This document shows, in pieces, positions 1 to 8,148 of a stretch of DNA of 64,000 nt. The stretch covers positions 31,763-95,762 of the forward strand of contig CAWIVI010000020.1 in NCBI GenBank assembly GCA_963839465.1, given 5' to 3'. A program made the position numbers and the translations under genes. This DNA comes from an uncultured beta proteobacterium (GTDB lineage Bacteria > Pseudomonadota > Gammaproteobacteria > Burkholderiales > Burkholderiaceae_C). Under the pieces are notes generated by a model that was not told the DNA's origin, did not search any database, and saw only the letters and a list, made by a program, of their open reading frames with translations. Numbering within the stretch: position 1 is the stretch's first letter; each line of letters begins with the position of its first letter.

Positions 1-1052
1 TGCACGACGAGCCGGCGATGCGCGAGCAGGTCACCCGCGTGCCGCTCGGCGTGGTGGCCAACGTCTCCGCATGGAACTACCCGTACTTCGTCGGCGCGAA
101 CGTGTTCGTGCCCGCGCTGCTGGCGGGCAACGCCGTGCTCTACAAGCCCTCCGAGCACGCCACGCTCACCGGCCTGCACATCGCGCGGCTGCTGCACGCC
201 GCGGGCGTGCCGGAGGATGTCTTCGTGCCGCTGGCCGGCGCCGGTGGCGTGGGCGCGGCGCTCGTCGCACAGCCGGTGGACGGCGTGTTCTTCACCGGCT
301 CGAACGCCACCGGCGTGCGCATCGCGCGCGCCGTGCGGCCGCTGACGAAGCTGCAGCTCGAGCTCGGCGGGAAGGACCCGGTCTACGTGCGGGCCGACGT
401 CGATCCGAAGGCCGCCGCCGCTTCGCTGGCCGACGGCGCCATGTACAACGCCGGGCAGAGCTGCTGCGCGGTCGAGCGCCTGTACGTGCACGAGGCCGTC
501 CACGAGGCCTTCGTCGAGCACTTCGTGGCCACGGTGCGCGGATTGCGCGTCGGCGACCCGATGGACGAGGCCACCGACGTCGGCCCGCTCGCGCGCGGCG
601 CGCAGCTCGACGTGCTCGACGCCCAGGTGCGCGACGCCGTCGAGCGCGGCGCGACGCTGCTGTGCGGCGGCCAGCGCCTGCCCGGGCCGGGAAACTGGTA
701 CGCGCCGACGGTGATCGACCGCGCGAACCACTCGATGCTGCTGATGCGCGACGAGACCTTCGGCCCGGTGATCGGCATCCAGGCGGTGGCCGGCGACGAC
801 GAGGCGGTGGCCCTGATGAACGACACGCGCTACGGCCTCACGGCCGGCATCTACAGCGCCGACGAGGCGCGCGCGCGAAACCTGCTGTCGGGCGTGCGCG
901 CGGGCAGCGTCTACTGGAACTGCTGCGACCGCGTCAGCCCGCGCCTGCCGTGGTCGGGCGTCGGCGATTCAGGCATCGGCCTGACGCTGTCACGCGAGGG
1001 CATCCGCACGTTCACGCGCCCGAAGGCCTGGCATTTGCGAAGCGGCACATAG
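1..1052 (+). CDS. NAD(P)-dependent aldehyde dehydrogenase family protein (5' end outside window)
   Basis: ORF 18..1052 stays open in frame to the window edge. ALDH hallmarks are present: ELGGKDP and NAGQSCCAVERLYVH (catalytic Cys region), plus DETFGPV. Confidence 0.85.
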   Translation, partial: HDEPAMREQVTRVPLGVVANVSAWNYPYFVGANVFVPALLAGNAVLYKPSEHATLTGLHIARLLHAAGVPEDVFVPLAGAGGVGAALVAQPVDGVFFTGSNATGVRIARAVRPLTKLQLELGGKDPVYVRADVDPKAAAASLADGAMYNAGQSCCAVERLYVHEAVHEAFVEHFVATVRGLRVGDPMDEATDVGPLARGAQLDVLDAQVRDAVERGATLLCGGQRLPGPGNWYAPTVIDRANHSMLLMRDETFGPVIGIQAVAGDDEAVALMNDTRYGLTAGIYSADEARARNLLSGVRAGSVYWNCCDRVSPRLPWSGVGDSGIGLTLSREGIRTFTRPKAWHLRSGT

Positions 1053-1578
1053 GATCATTCCGCGCCGTAAGCGGGAGAGGGAGCTGCTCGTCGCAGCGCC
1101 CGTGCAGGCGACGGAACTCGCGCGGCGAGACGGCCTGCCGCGTGGCGTGCAGGCCGCGGTAGAGCGCATAGGCCATGCGCTCCTGGGCCACGTAGGGCCC
1201 CTTGTCGTCGCGGTAGCGGTAGCTCCACGCGTGGCCGTCGCGCACGAGGCGGTCGCCGACGTCGGTGGCGCCGTGAAGCAGCTTGGCCAGCGTGCGGCCG
1301 TGGTCGTCGTGCCCGCGCGGCTGCGCGACCACCGGCTGGTTGAGCACCATTTCCTCGAGGGCGCGCCGCGCCTCCGGGCCGTGCGGCTGGCAGATCTCCG
1401 GCGCGTCGACGCCGTTCAACCGCACCGTGACGGAATCGCCGGAGGGGACGGCCACGAGCACCGTGTCGCCGTCGAACACCCGCGTGACGACGCCCTCGAT
1501 CTCACGCGGCGCCGGTGCGCAGACACCGCCTGCGTCGCGACGACAAGCATCGACCAAACCCAACGATTCATGGCGCAA
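1012..1578 (-). CDS. thermonuclease (staphylococcal nuclease, SNase-like) family protein
   Basis: ORF 1012..1578. It contains VTRVFDGDTVLV...VRLNGVDAPE...GPEARRALEEMV and RTLAKLL...DVGDRLVRDGHAW, typical of SNase/OB-fold nucleases. The 3' tail overlaps the aldehyde dehydrogenase end by 41 bp and runs through a partial REP fragment (agcgggagaggga), so the true stop is uncertain. Confidence 0.6.
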   Translation of the reverse strand: MRHESLGLVDACRRDAGGVCAPAPREIEGVVTRVFDGDTVLVAVPSGDSVTVRLNGVDAPEICQPHGPEARRALEEMVLNQPVVAQPRGHDDHGRTLAKLLHGATDVGDRLVRDGHAWSYRYRDDKGPYVAQERMAYALYRGLHATRQAVSPREFRRLHGRCDEQLPLPLTARNDPMCRFANARPSGA

Positions 1579-1665
1579 AGACTGCGTAGTTGTTCAACTC
1601 GGAGAACTTAGCAGCTCGGCCCGTGCTCCACGCTGACGCGACTGCGAAAAAATTCATGGAACGGC

Positions 1666-2469
1666 TCAGGCGCTGACGATCCACCCCTCGATCGGATCCA
1701 CGTCGCTCGGCAAGCCGAAGTTCTCCCGCGTGGTCGCCCACGCGGCCTGCACGAGGCACAGCGCGGCGTCGAGCCGGTCGCCGGTGCCGTCGGCGAGCAC
1801 CGCATCGCGCAGCGCGTGGCTCATCGACAGCCGCAGCCCGAGCCGCGTGCGGCCCTGCTCGAGGGCGGCCACGATGTCCTTGCGGGCGATCAGGCGCTCG
1901 GGCGTCTGGCGCGCGCGCTCGTCGCTCTTGTACGAACGATGGCCGATCAGCTCGCGCGCCAGCAGCCCGGGGTAGCCTTCGAGCGCGACGCGTTGCCGGT
2001 CGCCGTCGTGCAGCCCTGGGATGTGCACGCCCGCCGCCACGAGCAGCGGCACGCCGGCATGCAGCATGTAGGCCACCGGCGGGTTCACCCACTTCATCGC
2101 CGGGCTCGAGCCGGCGGGCTGCTCGCAGGCCCGGCGCGCGAACTTCGAGCCGGCCGGTCGGGCGTCGCAGAACGCGGCGAAGGCGGCGCGGATGTCCTGG
2201 CGCGACAGCGCGCCGTAGTGCGCCATCAGCGAGCGCCACTCGCGCGGCCAGCCGAGCGCCTCGACCAGTTCGCGCGAAAGGCCGAACGGAAAATCGAAGG
2301 CGCCGACCCAGGCGCCCGGCGCAGCCAGCCACTGCGCGAAATCCTCCAGGCGCGCGTGCGTGTGCAGGGCAGTGAGCTTCAGCCGCGCACCGTCGAGGCG
2401 CCCGTGCGCGCGCACCACCGGCTTGGGCAAGCTCGGCCGGCTGGAGAAGTCGACGCCCACGAGCTCCAT
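1666..2469 (-). CDS. DUF429 domain protein (predicted RNase H-fold nuclease)
   Basis: This is the C-terminal 267 aa of ORF 1666..2706, starting at MELVGVDFSS. It has the GVD N-terminal motif, FDFPFG, and DRLDAALCLVQAAWA, as I recall for DUF429. The upstream 79 codons are Arg/Pro-rich and look non-coding. Confidence 0.55.
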   Translation of the reverse strand: MELVGVDFSSRPSLPKPVVRAHGRLDGARLKLTALHTHARLEDFAQWLAAPGAWVGAFDFPFGLSRELVEALGWPREWRSLMAHYGALSRQDIRAAFAAFCDARPAGSKFARRACEQPAGSSPAMKWVNPPVAYMLHAGVPLLVAAGVHIPGLHDGDRQRVALEGYPGLLARELIGHRSYKSDERARQTPERLIARKDIVAALEQGRTRLGLRLSMSHALRDAVLADGTGDRLDAALCLVQAAWATTRENFGLPSDVDPIEGWIVSA

Positions 2470-2663
2470 CGCGGCCCGCGTCAGGTCGAGGCGGCGATGC
2501 CCGCGGGCGCGAAGACGTGCGCGAGCATCGCCACGATCAAGGTCTGGACGTCGAGCTGCATCGGGCGATGCTAGCGTCGGGCATGGAGACGCGCGGCGAA
2601 GGGCAAGGAATGGTGTTACCGGCGGTTCTGGGGCCGCTACGCGGCAGATAATCCGGCGCCGAG

Positions 2664-4362
2664 GTGTCGATGTCCATGTCAAGCAGTACCGTCGTTGTCG
2701 ACCCACCCCTGGCGGGCCCGGAAGCCTTGCTTGCGCTCACGCAGGCGGCGGTACGGCGCGGCGACCACCATGAGGGCGCGGGCCTGGCCGAGGCGGCGCT
2801 GCGCGCGCTGAACGACGACGACGGCGCGCGGCGCGCGCTGGCGTTGCGGCTGCTGGCCGTCAACCGCTGGCGCGTGGGAGACACCGAAGCCGCGGCCCGC
2901 GCGGCCGACGACGCGCTGGAGCTGTACGAGGCGATGGCCGATTCCACCGGCGAGGCCGAGACGCTGAACGTGCTGTGCATGGTCTACAACGACCTCGGGC
3001 TGCACCGCGACGCGCTGGAGCACGCCATCCGCGCCTTGCGGGTGGCACGCGCGATGCACGACCGCCGCCTCGAGTGCTGGGCGCTGAACCGGGTCGGCGT
3101 CAGCTACGAGTTCCTCGACGATCCTCGCCTGGCGCTGCAGTACGTGCAGCAGGCGCTCGACCTGGCGCGCGAGCTGCCGCGCCATGACGAAGAGCTTTTC
3201 GCCGCGCTCAACAACCTGGCCGGCGGCGAGATCAAGGTGGCGAACGAGGCCATGCGCGAGGGCGACTTCGACCGCGCCGAGGCGTCGCTCGCGACGGCGC
3301 GCCGCCACGCCGAGGAAGCGCTCGAGCTGGCGCGGCGATCCGGCAACACGCACCGCGAGACGCTCGCGCTTGGGCAACCTCGCGCAGGTGGTCAGCCACG
3401 GGCCGGACCGCCGGCAGGCGCAGGCGCTGCTCGAGCAGTACCAGGCCCTGGCGCGCGAGCACGGCTACCAGCGCGAGTTGCTGTCGGCCGACTTCGACAC
3501 GGCCTGCCTGCTGCGCCGGGACGGGCGTCACGCGCTGGCCGCGCTGCGGCTGGAGCAGCTGCTCACCGACATCGACGACGATGCTGACGCGCTGCGCCTG
3601 TCGATCGAGCATGCGCTGTACGACTCGTACAAGGCGCTCGGCCGCTACGAGCAGGCCCTCGCCCACCTGGAGCGCCATGCTGCGCTGGAGCGCAAGCAGC
3701 TGAAGGCGCGCGCCCAGGCGCAAGCGCGCGTGCTGCTGGCGCGGCTGGAGATCGACCAGGCGCGCCTGGAGACGGTGCATGCGCGCATCGACGCCGAGCT
3801 GCAGCGCCTGCGCACGCGCGAGCTCGAGCAGGAGCAGCAGGCACTGCGCATGCATGCCGAGGCGCTCGGCCGCGAGGCGCGCGAAGACGCGCTCACGGGC
3901 TTGCACAACCGGCGCGCGATCGACGAAGCGCTGCCCGGCCTGCTCGCCCGTTCGCGCAGCGAGCAGGCGCCGATCGCCGTGGCGATGGCCGACCTCGACC
4001 AATTCAAGGCGATCAACGACCGCTTCGGCCACGGCGTGGGCGACCGGGTGCTGTCCACCCTCGCGCACATCCTGCGCGCCAAGACGCGGGGTGCGGACCT
4101 GCTCGCACGCGTCGGCGGCGAGGAGTTCATCATCGTGCTCGGGCGCACGCCGATCGACCTCGCGCACGAGATCTGCGAGCGGCTGCGCCAGGCGGTGGCG
4201 CAGCACGCGTGGCACGAGCTCGCGACCGATCTGCAGGTCACGGTCAGCATCGGCCTCGTGGCCGGCGAGCCGGACGACGCGCAGCACGCGTTGATCGAGC
4301 GGGCCGACGCGGCGCTGTACGAGGCGAAGCGGCGCGGCCGCGATCGCGTGCACAGAGGGTGA
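2664..4362 (+). CDS. TPR-repeat diguanylate cyclase (GGDEF domain); one apparent frameshift near 3372
   Basis: The N-terminal TPR-like helices (ORF 2664..3587) continue in ORF 3184..4362 at ...HRETLAL/GNLAQVV.... The C-terminal GGDEF domain shows DALTGLHNRR, DLDQFKAINDRFGHGVGD, the GGEEF active site, and RADAALYEAKRRGRDRV. Confidence 0.85.
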
Positions 4363-4370
4363 GGTGTTGA

Positions 4371-4459
4371 CCCCCCCGAAGCGGCCTTCGGCCGCCTCCC
4401 CCCGAGGGGGGCGACACCAGCGGACCGGGGGACCCGGATCCGCGGTGTCCGCTTGAGGG
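4371..4459 (+). repeat. about 90-bp structured intergenic repeat, family B, copy 1
   Basis: Near-identical in inverted orientation to 21958..22047. It contains the hairpins GCGGCC-TTC-GGCCGC and GACACCAGCGGACCGGGGGACCCGGATCCGCGGTGTC. Confidence 0.8.
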
Positions 4460-4492
4460 TCGCCGGCGCTGCGCGCGGCGTGGTCTTCTTCT

Positions 4493-4532
4493 CCCTCTCC
4501 CGCTTGCGGGAGAGGGTCGGGGTGAGGGCGCG
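4493..4532 (+). repeat. REP-like palindromic element, family A, copy 1
   Basis: CCCTCTCCCGC-TTG-CGGGAGAGGG followed by TCGGGGTGAGGGCGCG. The same element occurs at 7145..7184, and a fragment at about 1064..1083. Confidence 0.8.
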
Positions 4533-4535
4533 GCG

Positions 4536-5576
4536 GTGGTGACGAACCCAGTACTCGTAGAGCTGCTCCGCGGCGGCGCGGTGGAGTCTTTCCATCGCGG
4601 CGCGGTGGCCGTGGTCGATGCGAGCGGCGGCACCGTGGCGTCCCTCGGCGACGTCGATCGCCCGGTTTTCCCCCGCTCCGCCGTGAAGGCCCTGCAGGCC
4701 CTGCCGCTGGTGGAAAGCGGCGCCGCCGATCGCTTGCATCTCACCAACGAACAACTCGCGCTCGCTTGCGCGTCGCACGGCGGCGAGGAGCGCCATGTGC
4801 GAACCGCGGCGTCGGTGCTCGAACTCGCCGGGCTCGATGCGTCCGCGCTCGAATGCGGCTCGCACTGGCCCGGCAACGAGGCGGCGTCTCGCGCCCTCGC
4901 GCGCGAGGGCGGCGTGCCGACTGCGCTGCACAACAACTGCTCCGGCAAGCACGCGGGGTTTCTCTGCGTGGGCTGCCTCATGGCCGGCTCGCGCGATGCG
5001 CGCGAATTCCTTCGTGGCTACGTGAAAGCGGAACACCCGGTGATGCGCGAGATCAGCGCGGCGCTCGAGGCGGCAACCGGATGCCGGCTGGCTGATGCGC
5101 CGCGCGGCACCGATGGGTGCTCGATCCCGACGTTCGGCATCCCGCTGTCGGCGCTGGCGCTCGGCTTCGCGCGTTTCGGCAGCGGCGCCGGGCTCTCCGA
5201 AGGCCGGGCCCGCGCGGCTCGGCGGCTGCGCGAGGCGGTGGCCGCGGCGCCGTTCTTCGTGGCCGGCACCGGCCGCTTCGACACGCGCGTGATGGAGCGG
5301 CTCGGTCGCCGCGTGTTCTGCAAGGTGGGCGCCGAAGGCGTCTACTGCGCGGCGTTTCCCGAGCTCGGGCTCGGCGTCGCATTGAAGGTCGACGACGGCA
5401 ACAACGCCCGCGCGGCCGAGGTCGCGATGGCCGCGCTCATCGAGCGATACGTGCCGCTCGACGACGGCGAGGCCGCCTTCATGCGCACGCTGAGCGACGT
5501 TGCGCTCACGAACTGGAACGGCATCGAGGTCGGCACGCTGAGCGCCGCGGACGCGCTACGACGACTTGGTCAGTAG
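4536..5576 (+). CDS. asparaginase II (Rhizobium-type L-asparaginase) family protein
   Basis: Intact ORF with a GTG start. It shows ESFHRGAVAVVD, FPRSAVKALQALPLVESGA, CASHGGEERH, and NNCSGKHAGFL, which I recognise as the type II asparaginase (PF06089-like) family. Confidence 0.75.
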   Translation: MVTNPVLVELLRGGAVESFHRGAVAVVDASGGTVASLGDVDRPVFPRSAVKALQALPLVESGAADRLHLTNEQLALACASHGGEERHVRTAASVLELAGLDASALECGSHWPGNEAASRALAREGGVPTALHNNCSGKHAGFLCVGCLMAGSRDAREFLRGYVKAEHPVMREISAALEAATGCRLADAPRGTDGCSIPTFGIPLSALALGFARFGSGAGLSEGRARAARRLREAVAAAPFFVAGTGRFDTRVMERLGRRVFCKVGAEGVYCAAFPELGLGVALKVDDGNNARAAEVAMAALIERYVPLDDGEAAFMRTLSDVALTNWNGIEVGTLSAADALRRLGQ

Positions 5577-6353
5577 CCGCTGCGACGCCAGCACCTCCGC
5601 CCTCACCTCCTCCATCAACTCCGCCTTCAGCTCCGCGAACGCCGGCGTCGTCTTCACCGAGTAGTGCCGTGGATGCGCCAGCGCCACCGGCCGGTCGACC
5701 TTGATGCGCCCGGGCCGCGCGCTCATCACCACGACGCGGCTGCCCATGAAGACCGCCTCGTCGATGTCGTGCGTGACGAACAGAACAGTCTTGCGCTCCC
5801 CCTCCCAGATGCCCAGCAGCAGCTCCTGCATCAGCTCTCGCGTCTGATGGTCGAGCGCGCCGAAGGGCTCGTCCATCAGCAGCATGCGCGGGCCGTTGGC
5901 GAGCGCGCGTGCGAGCGCGGTGCGCTGCTGCATGCCGCCCGAGAGCTGCTTCGGATAGTGGTGCTCGAAGCCTGCCAGCCCCACGCGCGCGATGAAGCCC
6001 TGCGCGATCTCCACCTGCTGCGCGCGCGGCAGGCCGCGCTCGCGCAGGCCGAAGCAGACGTTGTCGAGCACGTCCAGCCACGGGAACAGCGTGTAGCTCT
6101 GGAACACCATGCCGCGGTCGGCGCCCGGGCCTTCGATGCGGCGGCCGTCCAGCAGCACCTCGCCCGTGGTCGGGTGGTCGAGGCCCGCGACGATGCGCAG
6201 CAGCGTGCTCTTGCCGCAGCCGGAAGGGCCGAGGATGGTGACGAAGTCGTTCTCGTCCACGCCGAGGTCGGTCGCCTGCAGCGCGAGCGTGTCGCCCTGC
6301 GCCGAGGTGAACGTGCGCGAGACGCCGCGCACCGAGAGGAGGGGCCCGGGCAC
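5556..6353 (-). CDS. ABC transporter ATP-binding protein (NitT/TauT family)
   Basis: This is the C-terminal part of ORF 5556..7034, from a GTG at 6353. It has Walker A GPSGCGKST, the signature LSGGMQQR, and Walker B LLMDEPFGALD. It overlaps the asparaginase-like 3' end by 21 bp (convergent). Confidence 0.9.
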   Translation of the reverse strand: MPGPLLSVRGVSRTFTSAQGDTLALQATDLGVDENDFVTILGPSGCGKSTLLRIVAGLDHPTTGEVLLDGRRIEGPGADRGMVFQSYTLFPWLDVLDNVCFGLRERGLPRAQQVEIAQGFIARVGLAGFEHHYPKQLSGGMQQRTALARALANGPRMLLMDEPFGALDHQTRELMQELLLGIWEGERKTVLFVTHDIDEAVFMGSRVVVMSARPGRIKVDRPVALAHPRHYSVKTTPAFAELKAELMEEVRAEVLASQRLLTKSS

Positions 6354-6358
6354 GCGCG

Positions 6359-7143
6359 CTACCGGCCGAGTTGCGCCCACGGGAACAGGCGCCGGTTCGC
6401 AAGCTTGAACAGCAGGTCGCTCGCGAGGCCGATGAGCCCGATCACGATGATGCCGAAGATGATCTGGTCGGTGGCCAGCAGCGCCTGGCTGTCGGTGATC
6501 ATGTGGCCGATGCCGCTGGACGCGCCGATCAGCTCGGCCACGATCACGTAGGTCCAGGCCCAGCCGAGCACCATGCGCAGGATCTCCGCGATCTCCGGCG
6601 CCGCGCCCGGGATCAGCACGCGCCGGACCACGCCGCGGTGGCCGCAGCCGAGCGTGTAGGCGGCCTCCACCAGGTCGCGCCGCGTGTTGCCCACCGTCAC
6701 CGCGATCATCAGCACGAGCTGGAAGAAGCTGCCGATGAAGATCACCGCGAGCTTCTGCGCCTCGCCGATGCCGGCCCACAGGATCAGCAGCGGGATGAAC
6801 GCGCTGGCCGGCAGGTAGCGCGCGAAGGACACGAAAGGCTCGAAGAACGCCTCGACCGGCTTGTAGGCCCCCATCGCCACGCCCAGCGGCAGCGCCAGCG
6901 CGGCGGCGATCAGGAAGCCGCCGACGCACGCGCCACACCGTCATGCCGATGTCGCGCGCGAAGCCCATCTCCGTCAGCAGCGTCCAGCCGCTGCGCACCA
7001 TCGTGAGCGGGTCGGCAAGGAAGGTCTTGCTCACGAAGCCGCCGAACGTCGCGGCGGCCCAGGCCGCGACGAACAGGACGAAGAAGGACGACGCCGAGCG
7101 CGATCCGCGCCCCCGGCGCCACGGGCACCAGCGGCTTCAGCAC
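6359..7143 (-). CDS. ABC transporter permease (NitT/TauT family); two apparent frameshifts near 6937 and 7078
   Basis: Three ORF-track frames join: MLKPLVPVAPGARIALGVVLL / FVLFVAAWAAATFGGFVSKTFLADPLTMVRSGWTLL...TVWRV / VGGFLIAAALALPLGVAMGAYKPVE...EAAYTLG...LFPWAQLGR. The EAA-like loop is present. Confidence 0.8.
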
Positions 7144-7144
7144 T

Positions 7145-7184
7145 CCCTCTCCCGCTCGCGGGAGAGGGCCGGGGTGAGGGCGCG
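7145..7184 (+). repeat. REP-like palindromic element, family A, copy 2
   Basis: CCCTCTCCCGC-TC-GCGGGAGAGGG followed by CCGGGGTGAGGGCGCG, lying between the binding-protein and permease genes. Confidence 0.8.
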
Positions 7185-7189
7185 GCCGC

Positions 7190-8134
7190 TCACTGGATGA
7201 ACCGCGTGTCCGCGAGCTTCGACAGATCCGGCACCTGCTTGATGATGCCGGCCTCCAGCAGCAGCTCCGCCGCCTCCTTCGAGAACTGCGCGTGCTCGCC
7301 GGCGAAGAACTTCTGGTTCGCGGCCTTGTCCTGCCAGCGCAGGTACTTCTGGCTCGCCTCGAACGCCTCGCCGGTCTGCTTCACGTCGGCGCCCATGATC
7401 TCGAAGCTCTTCTTCGGATCGCGCTTGATCATCTCCACCGCCTCGAAGTAGGCGTCGGCCAGCCCCTTCGCGGCCTTGGGGTTGTCGGCCAGGAACTTCG
7501 GCGTGCAGCCGAAGGTGTCCATCACCATCGGGTAGTCGAGCGTCGTCGCGATGATGCGCCCGGCCTCGGGCTTGGCGCGCACGGCCGAGAGGTAAGGCTC
7601 GTAGGTCATCGCCGCGTCGAGCTGCGCGGTGCCGGCGATCATCGCGTTGGCCGCGGCCTGCGGCTCCAGGTTCACCACCTGCACGTCCTTCACCGACAGG
7701 CCGTTCTTCTTCAGGAACCACGCCAGCGTGAAATACGGCGCCGTGCCGGGCGCGCTCGCGGCCACCGTCTTGCCCTTCAGGTCGGCGATCTTCTGCACGC
7801 CCGACTTCACGACCATGCCGTCGGCGCCGTAGCTCTTGTCGAGCTGGAAGATCTGCGTGGTCGCGACGCCGTTCGCGTTCCACACGATCCAGGTCTCGAC
7901 CGTGGTCGCGGCGCACTGGATGTCGCCGGAGGCGACGGCGAGGTGGCGGTCCTTCTGCGGGATCTTCTTGATGCTGACGTCCAGGCCGTGCTTCTTGAAA
8001 AGCCCCGCCTCCTTGGCGAGCGTCAGCGGGGCGAACCCCGTCCAGCCGGAGATGCCGATGGCCACCGCGGTGTCCTGCGCATGCGCGAGCACGGCGGCCG
8101 CGGCCAGCGCCGCGCCGATCCAGGTCTTCTTCAT
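7190..8134 (-). CDS. ABC transporter periplasmic substrate-binding protein (NMT1/THI5-like, NitT/TauT family)
   Basis: Intact ORF. Signal peptide is MKKTWIGAALAAAAVLAHA-QD. It shows SGWTGFAPLTLAKEAGLFKKHGLDV and GKTVAASAPGTAPYF, typical of aliphatic sulfonate/nitrate/taurine-type binding proteins. Confidence 0.85.
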   Translation of the reverse strand: MKKTWIGAALAAAAVLAHAQDTAVAIGISGWTGFAPLTLAKEAGLFKKHGLDVSIKKIPQKDRHLAVASGDIQCAATTVETWIVWNANGVATTQIFQLDKSYGADGMVVKSGVQKIADLKGKTVAASAPGTAPYFTLAWFLKKNGLSVKDVQVVNLEPQAAANAMIAGTAQLDAAMTYEPYLSAVRAKPEAGRIIATTLDYPMVMDTFGCTPKFLADNPKAAKGLADAYFEAVEMIKRDPKKSFEIMGADVKQTGEAFEASQKYLRWQDKAANQKFFAGEHAQFSKEAAELLLEAGIIKQVPDLSKLADTRFIQ

Positions 8135-8148
8135 CGGAACGCTCCTCT

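Noticed and set aside
71-1162. A 363-aa Arg-rich ORF in an alternative frame of the aldehyde dehydrogenase gene, with similar alternative-frame ORFs throughout (for example 1568..2332, 13920..14855, 14220..15848).
   Set aside because: Poly-Arg/Ala/Pro/Gly translations overlap a frame with clear enzyme motifs. These are typical off-frame artefacts.
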